Origin: an uncultured Streptococcus sp.
GTDB taxonomy: Bacteria; Bacillota; Bacilli; Lactobacillales; Streptococcaceae
Direction: 5' to 3'
DNA: 64,000 nucleotides
Assembly: GCF_963525625.1 (NCBI RefSeq)
Contig: NZ_CAURLD010000010.1
Location: forward strand, 27,696-91,695
In this document: positions 17,752 through 27,739 of the stretch, in pieces
How the letters are laid out: each line of letters starts with the position of its first letter
Position numbering within the stretch: position 1 is the first letter of the stretch
Program-made: the position numbers and the translations under genes
The notes under the pieces: generated by a model
Seen by the model: only the letters and a program-made list of their open reading frames with translations
The model's database searches: none
Told to the model about the DNA's origin: nothing

Positions 17752-19095
17752 TTATGCCTCCATAATTTTTCTTAATTTAGTCATCATAAATTTTAGCCAA
17801 AACATTATAATCACAAGTATCAAAAAATCTGAAATAAAATAAGAGGACCATAGGCCAGTTATTCCAAACAAAATTGGTAAAAATAACGCTAAAGGTATTT
17901 GAAAAATGATCTGTCTCAGAATAACTAAAAAAGTAGATATCCGCGAGAAAGAAATATATTGAAAATAGTTAGTTCCGATATTGATGATTCCTTGTACAGG
18001 TAACGAAATCATAACAAGTCTTATGGCTGTACTAGAAAACTTTATAAATTTCGGATCGCTTGAGTTAAAAAGTGTAGCTATTTGCACTGCAAAAATTTGA
18101 ATTACAAGGAACAAGCACAGAGAAAAAATTGTGCTGATTATTAGTGAAAGACTAAGTGATTGCTTTATTCTACTATAATTTTTTGCACCATAATTAAAAC
18201 TAATTACAGGCTGAACTCCATTTGTAATAGCATTCATCAAAGAAATAATATAGCGATAGATTGAAGAAGTTATAGATAAAGCAGCAAGACCATAAGTACC
18301 AGCATAATCAAAAGCAACCCTATTATATAATATCAGTAATATCACAGATATGACAGTTGTGAGAAAGAATGGCAGCCCCATTGCAATAATTTTATTGATA
18401 AGTTTTTTATCAATAAATAATAAGCTCTTCAAATCCATTTTTAAATCGTTAGATTTTCCATTGTACTCTCTGAATGTCAAGATAAGTGCAGCAAGATTAG
18501 CCAGAACTGTAGATAAAGCTGATCCAAAAAAACCAGTATGAAGTACAAGAATTAGAACTGCACCAGTCCCTGCATTCACAAGAAATGAAATAGCATTGAT
18601 ATGTAAAACTTCTTTAATCTTACCTTGAGCCCGCAAACAGTACAAAAGAGTGTGTGAGACAAAATATATAGGCGCTCCAATAAGAAATGTAAGGCAAAAT
18701 TCCTTAACATAATGATACAGTTCTTGTGGTGCCCCAAAAATAATCAATAAGCCTTCTAAGGAAAACCACAAAAGTATCGACTGTAGAATTGATAAAATTA
18801 AAGAAACTTGGATAGAGGAATCTAAAATTAATCGGGCATTTTTGTAATCCTTTTTGCCAAGTGAGATTGTCAACAAGGATGCTGTTCCTTCACTCGCTAG
18901 AGCTGAAAAAGCATAGACCAAAGCGTATATCATAAATGTATATGTATTAGCGGAATTTCCCTCAAGCCCTAAGGTCTGTCCAATGAATATGCCATCAACT
19001 AAATTATAAGACCCACTTACTATTGCTGTAACTAATGAGGGAATAATTAGTTGAACTAACAGTTTTTTTACAGATATATTTTCTAATTTATTCAT
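17752..19095 (-). CDS. MATE family efflux transporter
   Basis: 447 aa, 12-TM pattern, with a family-typical N-terminus (...LLVQLIIPSLVTAIVSGSYNLVDGIFIGQ). Confidence 0.8.
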   Translation of the reverse strand: MNKLENISVKKLLVQLIIPSLVTAIVSGSYNLVDGIFIGQTLGLEGNSANTYTFMIYALVYAFSALASEGTASLLTISLGKKDYKNARLILDSSIQVSLILSILQSILLWFSLEGLLIIFGAPQELYHYVKEFCLTFLIGAPIYFVSHTLLYCLRAQGKIKEVLHINAISFLVNAGTGAVLILVLHTGFFGSALSTVLANLAALILTFREYNGKSNDLKMDLKSLLFIDKKLINKIIAMGLPFFLTTVISVILLILYNRVAFDYAGTYGLAALSITSSIYRYIISLMNAITNGVQPVISFNYGAKNYSRIKQSLSLSLIISTIFSLCLFLVIQIFAVQIATLFNSSDPKFIKFSSTAIRLVMISLPVQGIINIGTNYFQYISFSRISTFLVILRQIIFQIPLALFLPILFGITGLWSSYFISDFLILVIIMFWLKFMMTKLRKIMEA

Positions 19096-19435
19096 GACTA
19101 TGTCTCATTTGTTCAAAGCTCTTTCTATTCCTAAAGATTCTTCCAGTCATATACTCTTTTAGAAAACATTTCCCATTTTGATAAAGAGCATAGACACAAT
19201 ACAAATTACATAATAACATTTTCATTATACTGCTTCCAGTACCAAAAATTTACAAAATGTAGCCAAAATATCTCGCTTTTACAGAATAATCAAAAGCAAT
19301 TTAGAAAATTTTTTACAAACTGTAATTTTTTTGTTAGTATTGAATCTAATTAATTATACTTAGACTAAAATAATTTTTTACTAATAACATTAGAAGTACT
19401 AGGCTACATATTGACTGACAAGGAGAATAACGGCA

Positions 19436-20008
19436 ATGACCAAAGATACGCGAGAAAATATTATCACTGCTTTCTTTCGACTTTCTGAAAAATATCCTGA
19501 TAAATCTAACTTTTCTTTTTCTGAGATTGCAGAAGAAGCAGGCATAGCGAGACAAACAATCTATAAAAATCATTTCAACTCTCCTAACGAAATAATTGAA
19601 GCTATTCATCATGACATCGACGAACGAATAATGTCAAAAATGCTAGATTTTGTACCAGGTTCAAATGAATCCGATAATGCTCTTTTTATTAACTACCTTG
19701 CTTCTGAAATAATACCATTAATTTATGAGAATAGAATCTGGCTAAAATATCTTTATTCAACTGCAGCTGATCCTAATTGGGAACTTTTTTTAAAGAAACA
19801 ATATAAGACTTGGATCAGCCAAAACATTCAACTGTCTAGTAAAATGGGTTTATCTAAAGAGTTTACCGAAGAATTACTTGTTAATTATACTCTATCAATT
19901 ATAAAGTCATGGATTACACAAGCAATTCCAGAATCTCCTGAAGTCTTTTCTAAAAAATTCAAATCACTTTGCAAGCTATCTATTCAAGATATTATTCAAA
20001 ATGCTTAA
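19436..20008 (+). CDS. TetR/AcrR family transcriptional regulator
   Basis: N-terminal HTH (FSFSEIAEEAGIARQTIYKNH). It is divergent from the efflux operon. Confidence 0.85.
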   Translation: MTKDTRENIITAFFRLSEKYPDKSNFSFSEIAEEAGIARQTIYKNHFNSPNEIIEAIHHDIDERIMSKMLDFVPGSNESDNALFINYLASEIIPLIYENRIWLKYLYSTAADPNWELFLKKQYKTWISQNIQLSSKMGLSKEFTEELLVNYTLSIIKSWITQAIPESPEVFSKKFKSLCKLSIQDIIQNA

Positions 20009-20018
20009 AACTTAAAAA

Positions 20019-20059
20019 AACACCAAATGAACTACTTACCATGTCCATTTGGTGTTTTT
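20019..20059 (+). terminator. Rho-independent terminator after the tetR-like gene
   Basis: aacaccaaatg...catttggtgtt followed by tttc. Confidence 0.75.
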
Positions 20060-20213
20060 CAACAATTCAATTATAAGTCATTTTTTAACGGCCAGTGTAT
20101 GATAACTGTAAATCCAAAACTAAGTTTGAATTCTAAAACTCAAGAATTATGCCATAAATGATTTTTCGACTCTGTAACTCTGTTCTTATTGATTATTCTT
20201 ATCAAAGTAAACG

Positions 20214-20864
20214 CTATTTCTGCTTTCCCTTGAAACGCCACTGAAAGCGCAGCTTGTCATAAAAGGGAAATTCGATATTGAGAATGGCAAAGCCCATCAA
20301 GGCCCCTCCGATAACATCTGTCGGATAATGCACGCCCAGATAGACTCTGGATGCCATAACAGTGAAGATATAGACCAGGAGCAAACCTTGTACCAAGCGC
20401 TTGATTTTTTGGTTCTGAATTCGTTGCTGAGCGATAATAATCAAGGTCCCAACAACAATGGCTGTCGCCATGGCATGTCCGCTCGGGAAAGAGTAACCAC
20501 CTTCTTTGACCAAATGCGAAATACTAGGCCGACTTCTTTGGTAAACGAGTTTAATCAGCTTAATCAAAATCCCGTGTAAGACCAGATTTCCCGCCAGCAA
20601 GGCAGCCTCCAGCTTCCATTTTTTGTAAAGGAAAAAAAGGACAAGAGCTGAAACCCAGATGATAATCCCCATCGGATCAATCACACTGGTTACAAGTTTG
20701 AAAAAAGTCGTCAAAGCTGCAGGCAAGTCTCCCCGCAACCAGGTCTGAATCGGGGTGTCAAAGCTGGTCAGCTGCTCAGGATAAAACTTGACCATGTAGC
20801 CTAGAATGACGAAAAGTAAAAGGGCAAAAGAGCCCTTTGTTAGATAAGATTGTTTATTTTTCAT
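20214..20864 (-). CDS. PAP2-family phosphatase (BcrC-like undecaprenyl-diphosphatase candidate)
   Basis: KxxxxxxRP (KLVYQRSRP), PSGH and SRVYLGVHYPTDV motifs. Confidence 0.85.
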   Translation of the reverse strand: MKNKQSYLTKGSFALLLFVILGYMVKFYPEQLTSFDTPIQTWLRGDLPAALTTFFKLVTSVIDPMGIIIWVSALVLFFLYKKWKLEAALLAGNLVLHGILIKLIKLVYQRSRPSISHLVKEGGYSFPSGHAMATAIVVGTLIIIAQQRIQNQKIKRLVQGLLLVYIFTVMASRVYLGVHYPTDVIGGALMGFAILNIEFPFYDKLRFQWRFKGKQK

Positions 20865-21426
20865 AGCGTTTTAGGACGGGCTGTAAGAGTTTGTATATTA
20901 GCCAAAAGACGAGAGCCCAGATTACTCCTTCTAATAGGTTAAAAGGGACAATCATAGTCAGCAGATACTTGGAAAGACCAAATGCCTTATTAATATCAAA
21001 ACCAGCAAACCTCGCATAGAGAGGCACAGCATAAATGACATTTAGAATGATCATAGTAATCGTTAGACCAAGTGTTGCTGCTAAGGAAGCCTTCACATAG
21101 CTAGATAAGCTATTTCTTTTTTTCCACAAGAGGGAAAAAGCACAAACAAAGACAGCTACCGCTAGTATATTCATGGGTAGACCGATTAGAGTGCCTACGC
21201 CATTATTATTCAAAGCTAGCTTTAAGACAGAGCGAATCAAGAGCACTGCTAGAGAGCTTTTTAGATCCAAGACTACCAAAGCCAGTAAAATCGGAATAAT
21301 TGAAAAATCCAACTTTAGAAACTCAGTTATCAAAGGAATCTCATAAAGCATGAGTAGAAATGATAGAGCAGATAAAACTGCTACAATCGCCAACTTACGA
21401 GTATTTGTCATCACAGGTTCCTCCAA
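20854..21426 (-). CDS. ribU: ECF transporter S component for riboflavin
   Basis: 190-aa 6-TM S-component pattern, directly preceded by an FMN riboswitch. Confidence 0.8.
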   Translation of the reverse strand: MEEPVMTNTRKLAIVAVLSALSFLLMLYEIPLITEFLKLDFSIIPILLALVVLDLKSSLAVLLIRSVLKLALNNNGVGTLIGLPMNILAVAVFVCAFSLLWKKRNSLSSYVKASLAATLGLTITMIILNVIYAVPLYARFAGFDINKAFGLSKYLLTMIVPFNLLEGVIWALVFWLIYKLLQPVLKRYEK

Positions 21427-21539
21427 TTTATAAAAATTAGAGAAGCCGGAAAGGCCACTGAAAAAAGCTTGTCAGCTAATGATTATTTAGTATAAGGCTC
21501 AGCCCTTAAATAAAGATTAAACGGCAAGAATGCTTCACT

Positions 21540-21695
21540 GCCTCTCGTCTTCTCCCATCCAGACTATACTGTCGGTTGTGGAATCTCACCACATCAGCTT
21601 GCGCTCGCGGACTTGATTTTGCATTAAGGAAAAAACATTTCCAAGCCAAAAATTACCGCCGGTCGGGAATCTCACCCTGCCCTGAAGACATCATT
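21540..21695 (-). promoter_or_regulatory. FMN riboswitch (RFN element)
   Basis: The minus strand reads GTCTTCAGGGCAGGGTGAGATTCCCGACCGGCGGTAA...AGTCCGCGAGCGCAAGCTGATGTGGTGAGATTCCACAACCGACAGTATAGTCTGGATGGGAGAAGAC. The P1 helix is closed by gtcttc/gaagac (21684-21689 / 21547-21552). Confidence 0.9.
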
Positions 21696-21702
21696 ATCAT
21701 AA

Positions 21703-21726
21703 CAAAAAAAGCCTGCCAGAGCAAGC
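21703..21726 (-). terminator. trmL terminator; a candidate ribU promoter (TTGCTC-17-TATGAT) overlaps it
   Basis: On the minus strand: GCUUGC-UCUG-GCAGGC followed by a U7 run. Confidence 0.6.
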
Positions 21727-21809
21727 AATTTGATTGATGTAATTAAAAATGTTTCAACAATAGTATTCTATCTATTAGGAAAATTAACTGCTTAGATACA
21801 TTCATTCCG

Positions 21810-22313
21810 CTACTTCAGCTTGTCCGCTTCATACTCATGTACCAGTTCAAGGCCAGCAAAATTCTGCTGACGCAGGGCCTCGTAAACAATCATGCAGACT
21901 GTATTTGAAACATTAAGACTTCTGACATGCTGGTCATTCATGGGAATACGCAGGGCCTTTTCTGGATGACGACGCATAAATTCCTCTGGCAACCCCTTGT
22001 CCTCACGACCAAACATAAAATAGTGCGAACCTTCTGCTGCAAAATATTCCTCAGAATAGACCTTCTCTGCAAACTTAGAAATCAGATAAAGTTTGCCGTC
22101 CATCTGCTCCATAAAATCGTCTAAACTCTCATAATAGGTGATGTCCAGCTTATCCCAATAGTCCAGCCCCGCCCGTTTCATCTTGCGGTCATCAATGGGA
22201 AAGCCCATGGGCTTGATGATGTGAAGCGGCGAATTAGTCGCGGCGCAAGTACGGGCAATATTTCCGGTATTCTGCGGAATCTGAGGCTCAAAAAGAACGA
22301 TATGATTTTTCAT
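21810..22313 (-). CDS. trmL: tRNA (cytidine/uridine(34)-2'-O)-methyltransferase TrmL (SpoU family)
   Basis: I take the start at [23 protein letters not shown]. The ORF-track N-terminal extension runs into the leader terminator. Confidence 0.85.
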   Translation of the reverse strand: MKNHIVLFEPQIPQNTGNIARTCAATNSPLHIIKPMGFPIDDRKMKRAGLDYWDKLDITYYESLDDFMEQMDGKLYLISKFAEKVYSEEYFAAEGSHYFMFGREDKGLPEEFMRRHPEKALRIPMNDQHVRSLNVSNTVCMIVYEALRQQNFAGLELVHEYEADKLK

Positions 22314-22345
22314 AATAAGAATATTTTTCCTAGTATTTTTCTTTA

Positions 22346-22395
22346 GATAAAAAAATAGCCACACTGCCCGGAGTCAAGCTCAGCAAACAGCGTGG
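22346..22395 (-). terminator. Intrinsic-terminator-like hairpin in the trmL leader
   Basis: Minus-strand RNA: CCACGCUG-(21 nt)-CAGUGUGG followed by CUAUUUUUUU. The G-U wobble forms only in the minus orientation. It lies about 35 nt before the trmL ATG. Confidence 0.5.
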
Positions 22396-22456
22396 TTAAG
22401 GCTTCATTAACTTACATCACAACAGGTTTGAGGTAAACCAATGAAGGTACTCATTT

Positions 22457-22484
22457 AGTATAACACTTTCAGCCTACAAGTCAA
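22457..22484 (-). promoter_or_regulatory. Candidate sigma-70 promoter driving the trmL leader
   Basis: TTGACT, 16-nt spacer, then an extended -10 (TGtTATACT) on the minus strand. Confidence 0.5.
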
Positions 22485-22654
22485 TAAAAAATGCTCAAAA
22501 AGTTGTACTTTTTTTAAAAATATCACAGGAAGATACCATTTTGGTAAAAAAATATTGGCAATTCTATAAATAAGCAAGCTATTCTGTATTTTATAGATGA
22601 AATTTAAATGAAAAAAGAGTATGATAGATACATACTTTGGAGGAATCTAAACTT

Positions 22655-24004
22655 ATGAAAATTATCGTTGTTGGCGGCGGGAAGGTCGGAACGGCCCTCT
22701 GTCGCTCCTTAGTGGCTGAAAATCATGATGTTATCCTGATTGAGCAGGATGAGGCTGTTCTCAACCAGATTACCAAGCGCTATGATATTATCGGTATTTC
22801 TGGCAATGGAGCCAACTTCAAAATCCTAGAACAGGCGGATGTTGGGCACTGTGACATCTTCATCTCTATGACCGAGCATGATGAGGTCAACATGGTTTCA
22901 GCTGTTCTGGCCAAACGGATGGGGGCTAAGGAAACTATCGTCCGAGTGCGTAATCCTGAATATTCCAACCCTTACTTTAAGGAGAAGAACATCCTAGGCT
23001 TCTCGCTGGTGGTCAATCCTGAGCTCCTAACTGCTCGCTACATCGCTAATATCATTGACTTCCCTAATGCCCTGTCAGTAGAGCATTTTGCCAATGGGCG
23101 GGTGGCACTGATGGAGTTCAAACTCAAGGAAGACAGCAATCTCTGCCAGATGAATATTTCCCAGTTCCGTAAGAAATTTGGAAATATCATTGTCTGTGCT
23201 ATTGAGAGAAAAGGGCACTTGGAAATTCCTGACGGCGACTTCACTTTGGAGGCCGGGGACAAGATTTATGTAACAGGTAACCGCCTAGACATCGTTCAAT
23301 TCCACAATATGGTACGCCCTAGAGTGGTTAAGAGCCTGATGATTATCGGGGCTGGCAAGATCGCTTATTACCTGCTCAATATTCTCAAAAACAGTAAAAT
23401 TGAGCTCAAAATCATTGAATCCAACCGTGAGCGGGCAAACTTTTTCAGTCAGGAATTTCCTGACCTCTATGTCGTCCATGGAGATGGTACTGCCAAGGAC
23501 ATCCTGCTGGAGGAACGCGCCAATAACTTTGATGCCATCGCTACCCTGACTGGTGTGGATGAAGAAAATATCATCACTTCCATGTTCCTTAATAATCTAG
23601 GTGTGCAGAAAAACATCACCAAGATTAACCGGACTAGTTTGTTGGAAATCATTGATAACCAAGATTTTGCCAGCATTGTGACGCCTAAAGGTATCGCTGT
23701 TGATACCATTATGCACTTTATCCGCGGTCGCTACAATGCTCAATTCTCTAACCTAGAAGCTCTGCACCATGTAGCCAATGGCCAAATTGAAACCCTGCAA
23801 TTCCAAATCAAGGAAGAAAACAAGATGACTGGTATTCCTCTGTCTCAGCTTCATCTGAAGAAAGATGTCCTGATTGCGGCCATTATCCGTCAAGGCAAAG
23901 CCATTTTCCCTACCGGTGATGACGACCTGCAAGTTGGAGATAAGATTATCGTTACCACTCTGCTGCAAAATATCACGCAGATTTACGATCTGTTAGCGAG
24001 GTAG
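22655..24004 (+). CDS. trkA: Trk potassium uptake system, NAD-binding subunit TrkA
   Basis: Start MKIIVVGGGKVG with a GGAGGAA RBS. It has two RCK_N/RCK_C repeats. Confidence 0.9.
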   Translation: MKIIVVGGGKVGTALCRSLVAENHDVILIEQDEAVLNQITKRYDIIGISGNGANFKILEQADVGHCDIFISMTEHDEVNMVSAVLAKRMGAKETIVRVRNPEYSNPYFKEKNILGFSLVVNPELLTARYIANIIDFPNALSVEHFANGRVALMEFKLKEDSNLCQMNISQFRKKFGNIIVCAIERKGHLEIPDGDFTLEAGDKIYVTGNRLDIVQFHNMVRPRVVKSLMIIGAGKIAYYLLNILKNSKIELKIIESNRERANFFSQEFPDLYVVHGDGTAKDILLEERANNFDAIATLTGVDEENIITSMFLNNLGVQKNITKINRTSLLEIIDNQDFASIVTPKGIAVDTIMHFIRGRYNAQFSNLEALHHVANGQIETLQFQIKEENKMTGIPLSQLHLKKDVLIAAIIRQGKAIFPTGDDDLQVGDKIIVTTLLQNITQIYDLLAR

Positions 24005-24008
24005 GCCC

Positions 24009-25448
24009 ATGAATAGATCTATGATTCGCTACCTGCTGGCAAAATTACTGCTGATTGAGGCGGCACTGCTGATTGTGCCCATTATCGTAGCTCTAATCTA
24101 CGGTGAGCCCTTAAAAATCTTTCTCTCTATCGGGGCGACCATGGCCATCCTGCTAGTTTTAGGGGGAATAGGCTCTTATTTCAAGCCCAAGGACTTGCAT
24201 ATCTACGCCAAGGAAGGTGTCCTGATTGTAGCCCTTTGCTGGATTCTCTGGTCCTTCTTCGGAGCTCTGCCCTTTGTTTTTTCTGGGCAGATTCCAGACG
24301 TTATTGATGCTTTCTTTGAGATTAGCTCTGGCTTTACCACCACGGGAGCGACTATCCTTAACGATGTCGGCGTTCTCTCCCATTCGCTGCTCTTCTGGCG
24401 CAGCTTTACTCACTTAATCGGAGGGATGGGAGTGCTGGTCTTTGCCCTAGCTATTATGGACAATGCTAAAAATGGTCACTTGGAGGTCATGAAAGCAGAA
24501 GTTCCGGGACCAGTCTTTGGCAAGGTCGTTTCCAAGCTTAAGCATACTGCTCAAATTCTTTATATCATCTATTTGGCTCTCTTTGCTATCTTTGCTCTGC
24601 TTTATTTCCTAGCGGGCATGCCCCTCTTTGACAGTCTGGTCATTGCCATGGGAACTGCTGGCACAGGAGGATTCACCGTATACAATGACGGTATTGCCCA
24701 CTACAACAGCTCGCTGATTACTTATCTGGTCAGCTTTGGGGTCTTGGCTTTCGGGGTCAACTTTAATCTCTACTATTACTTGCTGATTCGTAAGTTTAAA
24801 GCTTGCTTTGAAGATGAGGAGCTCAAAGGCTATCTCTGGATTGTCTTTCTTTCCACAGCCTTGATTGCCTTTAATGTCTTCCACCTCTATCAAGGCTTTG
24901 CCAAGAGCGTGGAGATCTCCTTCTTCCAGGTAGCCAATGTCATCACAACAACTGGATTTGGCTATGGCGATACAGTCAAATGGCCGCTCTTTTCTCAGGT
25001 TATCCTGCTCCTGCTCATGTGTATCGGGGGCTCAGCTGGATCAACAGCTGGGGGATTCAAGGTCATTCGGGGAATTATCATTTCCCGCATTGCTAAAAAT
25101 CAGATTCTATCTACCCTGTCACCTAATCGCGTCCTAACCTTGCATATCAATGGTGCGGTCATTGACAAGGATACTCAGCATAAGGTACTGAAATACTTAG
25201 CCGTTTATATCTTGATTATTCTAGCTCTCATTTTCATTGTCAGCTTGGATAATAATAACTTTATGACAGTTGTCAGCGGGGTTGTCTCTTGCTTCAACAA
25301 TATCGGTCCCATGATTGGGACGACAGATAATTTTTCTATCTTTAGTCCTTTTTCTAAACTGCTGCTAGCCTTTGCTATGATTGGCGGTCGCTTGGAAATC
25401 TACCCGATTCTCCTGCTCTTCCTGCCTAAGACTTGGTCTAGAAGATAG
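24009..25448 (+). CDS. trkH: Trk potassium uptake system, membrane subunit TrkH
   Basis: 479 aa, polytopic, with repeated selectivity-filter-like TTTGF/GTGG motifs. Confidence 0.9.
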   Translation: MNRSMIRYLLAKLLLIEAALLIVPIIVALIYGEPLKIFLSIGATMAILLVLGGIGSYFKPKDLHIYAKEGVLIVALCWILWSFFGALPFVFSGQIPDVIDAFFEISSGFTTTGATILNDVGVLSHSLLFWRSFTHLIGGMGVLVFALAIMDNAKNGHLEVMKAEVPGPVFGKVVSKLKHTAQILYIIYLALFAIFALLYFLAGMPLFDSLVIAMGTAGTGGFTVYNDGIAHYNSSLITYLVSFGVLAFGVNFNLYYYLLIRKFKACFEDEELKGYLWIVFLSTALIAFNVFHLYQGFAKSVEISFFQVANVITTTGFGYGDTVKWPLFSQVILLLLMCIGGSAGSTAGGFKVIRGIIISRIAKNQILSTLSPNRVLTLHINGAVIDKDTQHKVLKYLAVYILIILALIFIVSLDNNNFMTVVSGVVSCFNNIGPMIGTTDNFSIFSPFSKLLLAFAMIGGRLEIYPILLLFLPKTWSRR

Positions 25449-25476
25449 GAAATATTCGGAAAATATAGATATATAT

Positions 25477-25512
25477 AAAAGTCACACTAGATACTTATCT
25501 AGTGTGACTTTT
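25477..25512. terminator. Bidirectional hairpin terminator between trkH and yidD
   Basis: aaaagtcacactag-atacttat-ctagtgtgactttt. It overlaps the last yidD codons. Confidence 0.8.
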
Positions 25513-25753
25513 TTCTTGAATTATTTCTTCTCAGGCTAAAATGGTCTGGTACAGAATCCTCTCCTGGCTGAGACCAGGGATGACAGCGGAGAATACGCGC
25601 CAAGCCCATTAGGACACCTTTGGCTCCATGCCTCTGGATAGCCTCTATCATATAGTTAGAGCAGGTGGGCCGAAAGCGGCAAGATGGAGGGAAAGCAGGC
25701 GATATGAAGCGTTGATAAAAGCGGACAAGAGCAATAAGCAGTTTCTTTATCAT
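25499..25753 (-). CDS. yidD: Membrane protein insertion efficiency factor YidD
   Basis: YQRFISP...CRF.PTCSNY motif. Confidence 0.9.
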   Translation of the reverse strand: MIKKLLIALVRFYQRFISPAFPPSCRFRPTCSNYMIEAIQRHGAKGVLMGLARILRCHPWSQPGEDSVPDHFSLRRNNSRKKSH

Positions 25754-26478
25754 TTCTTGGTCTTGGTTACAGCCAGTGTATGCAGCTGGCTGACTTCTTT
25801 TTTATTGAGCTTACGATACTCACCAGGCTTGAGGCCAGTTAAGTCCAAATGACCAAATCGAGTCCGTGAAAGCTTATCCACTTGCAATCCAACCGCCTGG
25901 AACATCTTCTTGACCTGATGATTACGGCCTTCGTGGATGGTCAGCTGAACGACCGAGCGATTTTTCGCCGGATCAACCTTGATAATCTCATAAACTGCTG
26001 GCTTGGTTTTGCGCCCCTCTATCTCAATACCTCGAGTCAGAGGACGAAGAACTTCTTTATTGGCCAATCCTTTGACACGCGCCACATAGACCTTGTCAAT
26101 CTCATTGCGGGGATGAATCATCTCGTCGGTAAAGTCCCCGTCATTGGTCAGAATGAGAATGCCAGAAGTATCCCAGTCCAAACGACCAACCGGATAAATC
26201 CGCTCCTTGACCTGAGGCAAGAGCTCTACGACCGTCTTACGTCCCTTGTCATCACTGACAGAGGAAATGACCCCGCGCGGCTTATTGAGGAGGTAATAAA
26301 CCTTCTCTTCGTTATAGATAGGTTGGCCTTCTACTTCCACACGGTCGCCAGACTTGACGTTCGTCGCCAACTCACGTACCACTTGGCCGTTTATACTGAC
26401 CTTCCCCTGCCTGATTAGCTCTTCTGCCTTACGACGGCTGGCTATCCCAGCATGAGCGATGTATTTATTGATTCTCAT
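25750..26478 (-). CDS. rluB: Pseudouridine synthase, RluB/RsuA family
   Basis: I take the start at [19 protein letters not shown] (S4 domain). It carries the GRLDWDTSG catalytic motif. Confidence 0.85.
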   Translation of the reverse strand: MRINKYIAHAGIASRRKAEELIRQGKVSINGQVVRELATNVKSGDRVEVEGQPIYNEEKVYYLLNKPRGVISSVSDDKGRKTVVELLPQVKERIYPVGRLDWDTSGILILTNDGDFTDEMIHPRNEIDKVYVARVKGLANKEVLRPLTRGIEIEGRKTKPAVYEIIKVDPAKNRSVVQLTIHEGRNHQVKKMFQAVGLQVDKLSRTRFGHLDLTGLKPGEYRKLNKKEVSQLHTLAVTKTKK

Positions 26479-27034
26479 CGATATCTGTCCTTTCAATAAA
26501 GAGCTGGCTTTCTTCAGCAACTAGCTCTGTTTCTTCGACAATCGGCAGCTCATCTAGGTGATTGATCCCCATATAGTCTAAGAAATAATCGGTTGTCACA
26601 TAGAGATTTGGCCGGCCAATGACTTCCTTTTTGCCATCTTCTCGAACCAGTTCAAAAGCCAAGAGCTTAGCCAAAGCACCGCTGGAATTAACCCCGCGGA
26701 TGTCATCTATTTCTACCCTTGTAATCGGCTGCTTATAGGCAATGATAGACAAGGTCTCAAGGGCTGCCCGCGACAGACTTTGATTGATTGGCGCCCGTGA
26801 ATAGGCCCGCAGAATCTCAGCAAACTCTGGCTTAGTGACCAGCTTGTACGTTTTTGAGGTTTCCAGCAGGGTCAGGCTAGAGTCCGGATTGGCCTCATAT
26901 TGCTCGGCTAACTTCTCCAAACTCTGAATAACCCCGGTCGGCGGCAAAGAAAGGATTTCTGCTAATTGATGAACCTTGAGTCCATCTTCACCCGCCACAA
27001 AAAGCAGGGCTTCAATCTCTGCTAACTTACTCAT
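26465..27034 (-). CDS. scpB: Segregation and condensation protein B
   Basis: Family-typical sequence (IEALLFVAG...) and position after scpA. Confidence 0.9.
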   Translation of the reverse strand: MSKLAEIEALLFVAGEDGLKVHQLAEILSLPPTGVIQSLEKLAEQYEANPDSSLTLLETSKTYKLVTKPEFAEILRAYSRAPINQSLSRAALETLSIIAYKQPITRVEIDDIRGVNSSGALAKLLAFELVREDGKKEVIGRPNLYVTTDYFLDYMGINHLDELPIVEETELVAEESQLFIERTDIDENQ

Positions 27035-27737
27035 TTCCTCTTCCTACTAAATAAATATTTCCAAAGTTTTCTTCTTGAATGACTTGCACTTCCTGCACCT
27101 TGACCAATTCTAAGGTCGCCAGAAAGAGTGTGATAACCTCATTCATGTCTTTGGTCTCTGCGAAAATCTCCTGCAGAGCCAGACGGCTCTTACCAGCACA
27201 GCGCTGACGCACCACATCCATCATGTCCTCAATCTTGTACTCGTCTCGCACAATGGTTGTATGGCTCTTAGAAAACTCCTCTTGCTTCTTGGCGATAACC
27301 TTGGAAAAAGCCAAGAAAAGATCTATCGTTGACTTGTCATGCAGGAGCTCAGCGTCTTCATAAACCAGCTCCAGCTTAGGCTTAGAGTAATAAAGAGCCC
27401 GGTCATCATGTTGGAGCGACATTTTCTCTCCCAAGAGTTTGAACCTGCGGTATTCCTCAATCTGGCTCAAGAGGTCTTGCTCTAAATCATCTTCCAACTC
27501 AGCATTATCCGCCACCTTAGGCAGAAGCTTGCGGCTCTTAATCAGCATGAGCTGGCTTGCCATGACCATGTACTCCCCCGTCACTTCCAACTTCATGGCC
27601 TGCAAAGTAGCCACATAAGCCAGATACTGCTCGATGACCTCCGTAATAGGCACATCATAAATATCCACCTGGTATTTAGATACGAGGTGGAGCAGCAGGT
27701 CCAGCGGGCCTTCAAAATCTTTTAGTTTGATATCCAT
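27027..27737 (-). CDS. scpA: Segregation and condensation protein A (kleisin)
   Basis: [11 protein letters not shown] motif. Confidence 0.9.
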   Translation of the reverse strand: MDIKLKDFEGPLDLLLHLVSKYQVDIYDVPITEVIEQYLAYVATLQAMKLEVTGEYMVMASQLMLIKSRKLLPKVADNAELEDDLEQDLLSQIEEYRRFKLLGEKMSLQHDDRALYYSKPKLELVYEDAELLHDKSTIDLFLAFSKVIAKKQEEFSKSHTTIVRDEYKIEDMMDVVRQRCAGKSRLALQEIFAETKDMNEVITLFLATLELVKVQEVQVIQEENFGNIYLVGRGNE

Positions 27738-27739
27738 TT

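Noticed and set aside
19346-19612. A minus-strand 88-aa ORF overlapping the tetR-like start.
   Set aside because: It is antisense to a well-supported HTH-encoding gene and spans the divergent promoter region.
22346-22470. The possibility that the structured RNA before trmL is the small (4.5S-type) SRP RNA or another housekeeping RNA.
   Set aside because: It has no GGAA-type tetraloop and no conserved AGCA/GGAAGCAGC domain IV motifs. I therefore kept it only as an unclassified leader/sRNA candidate.
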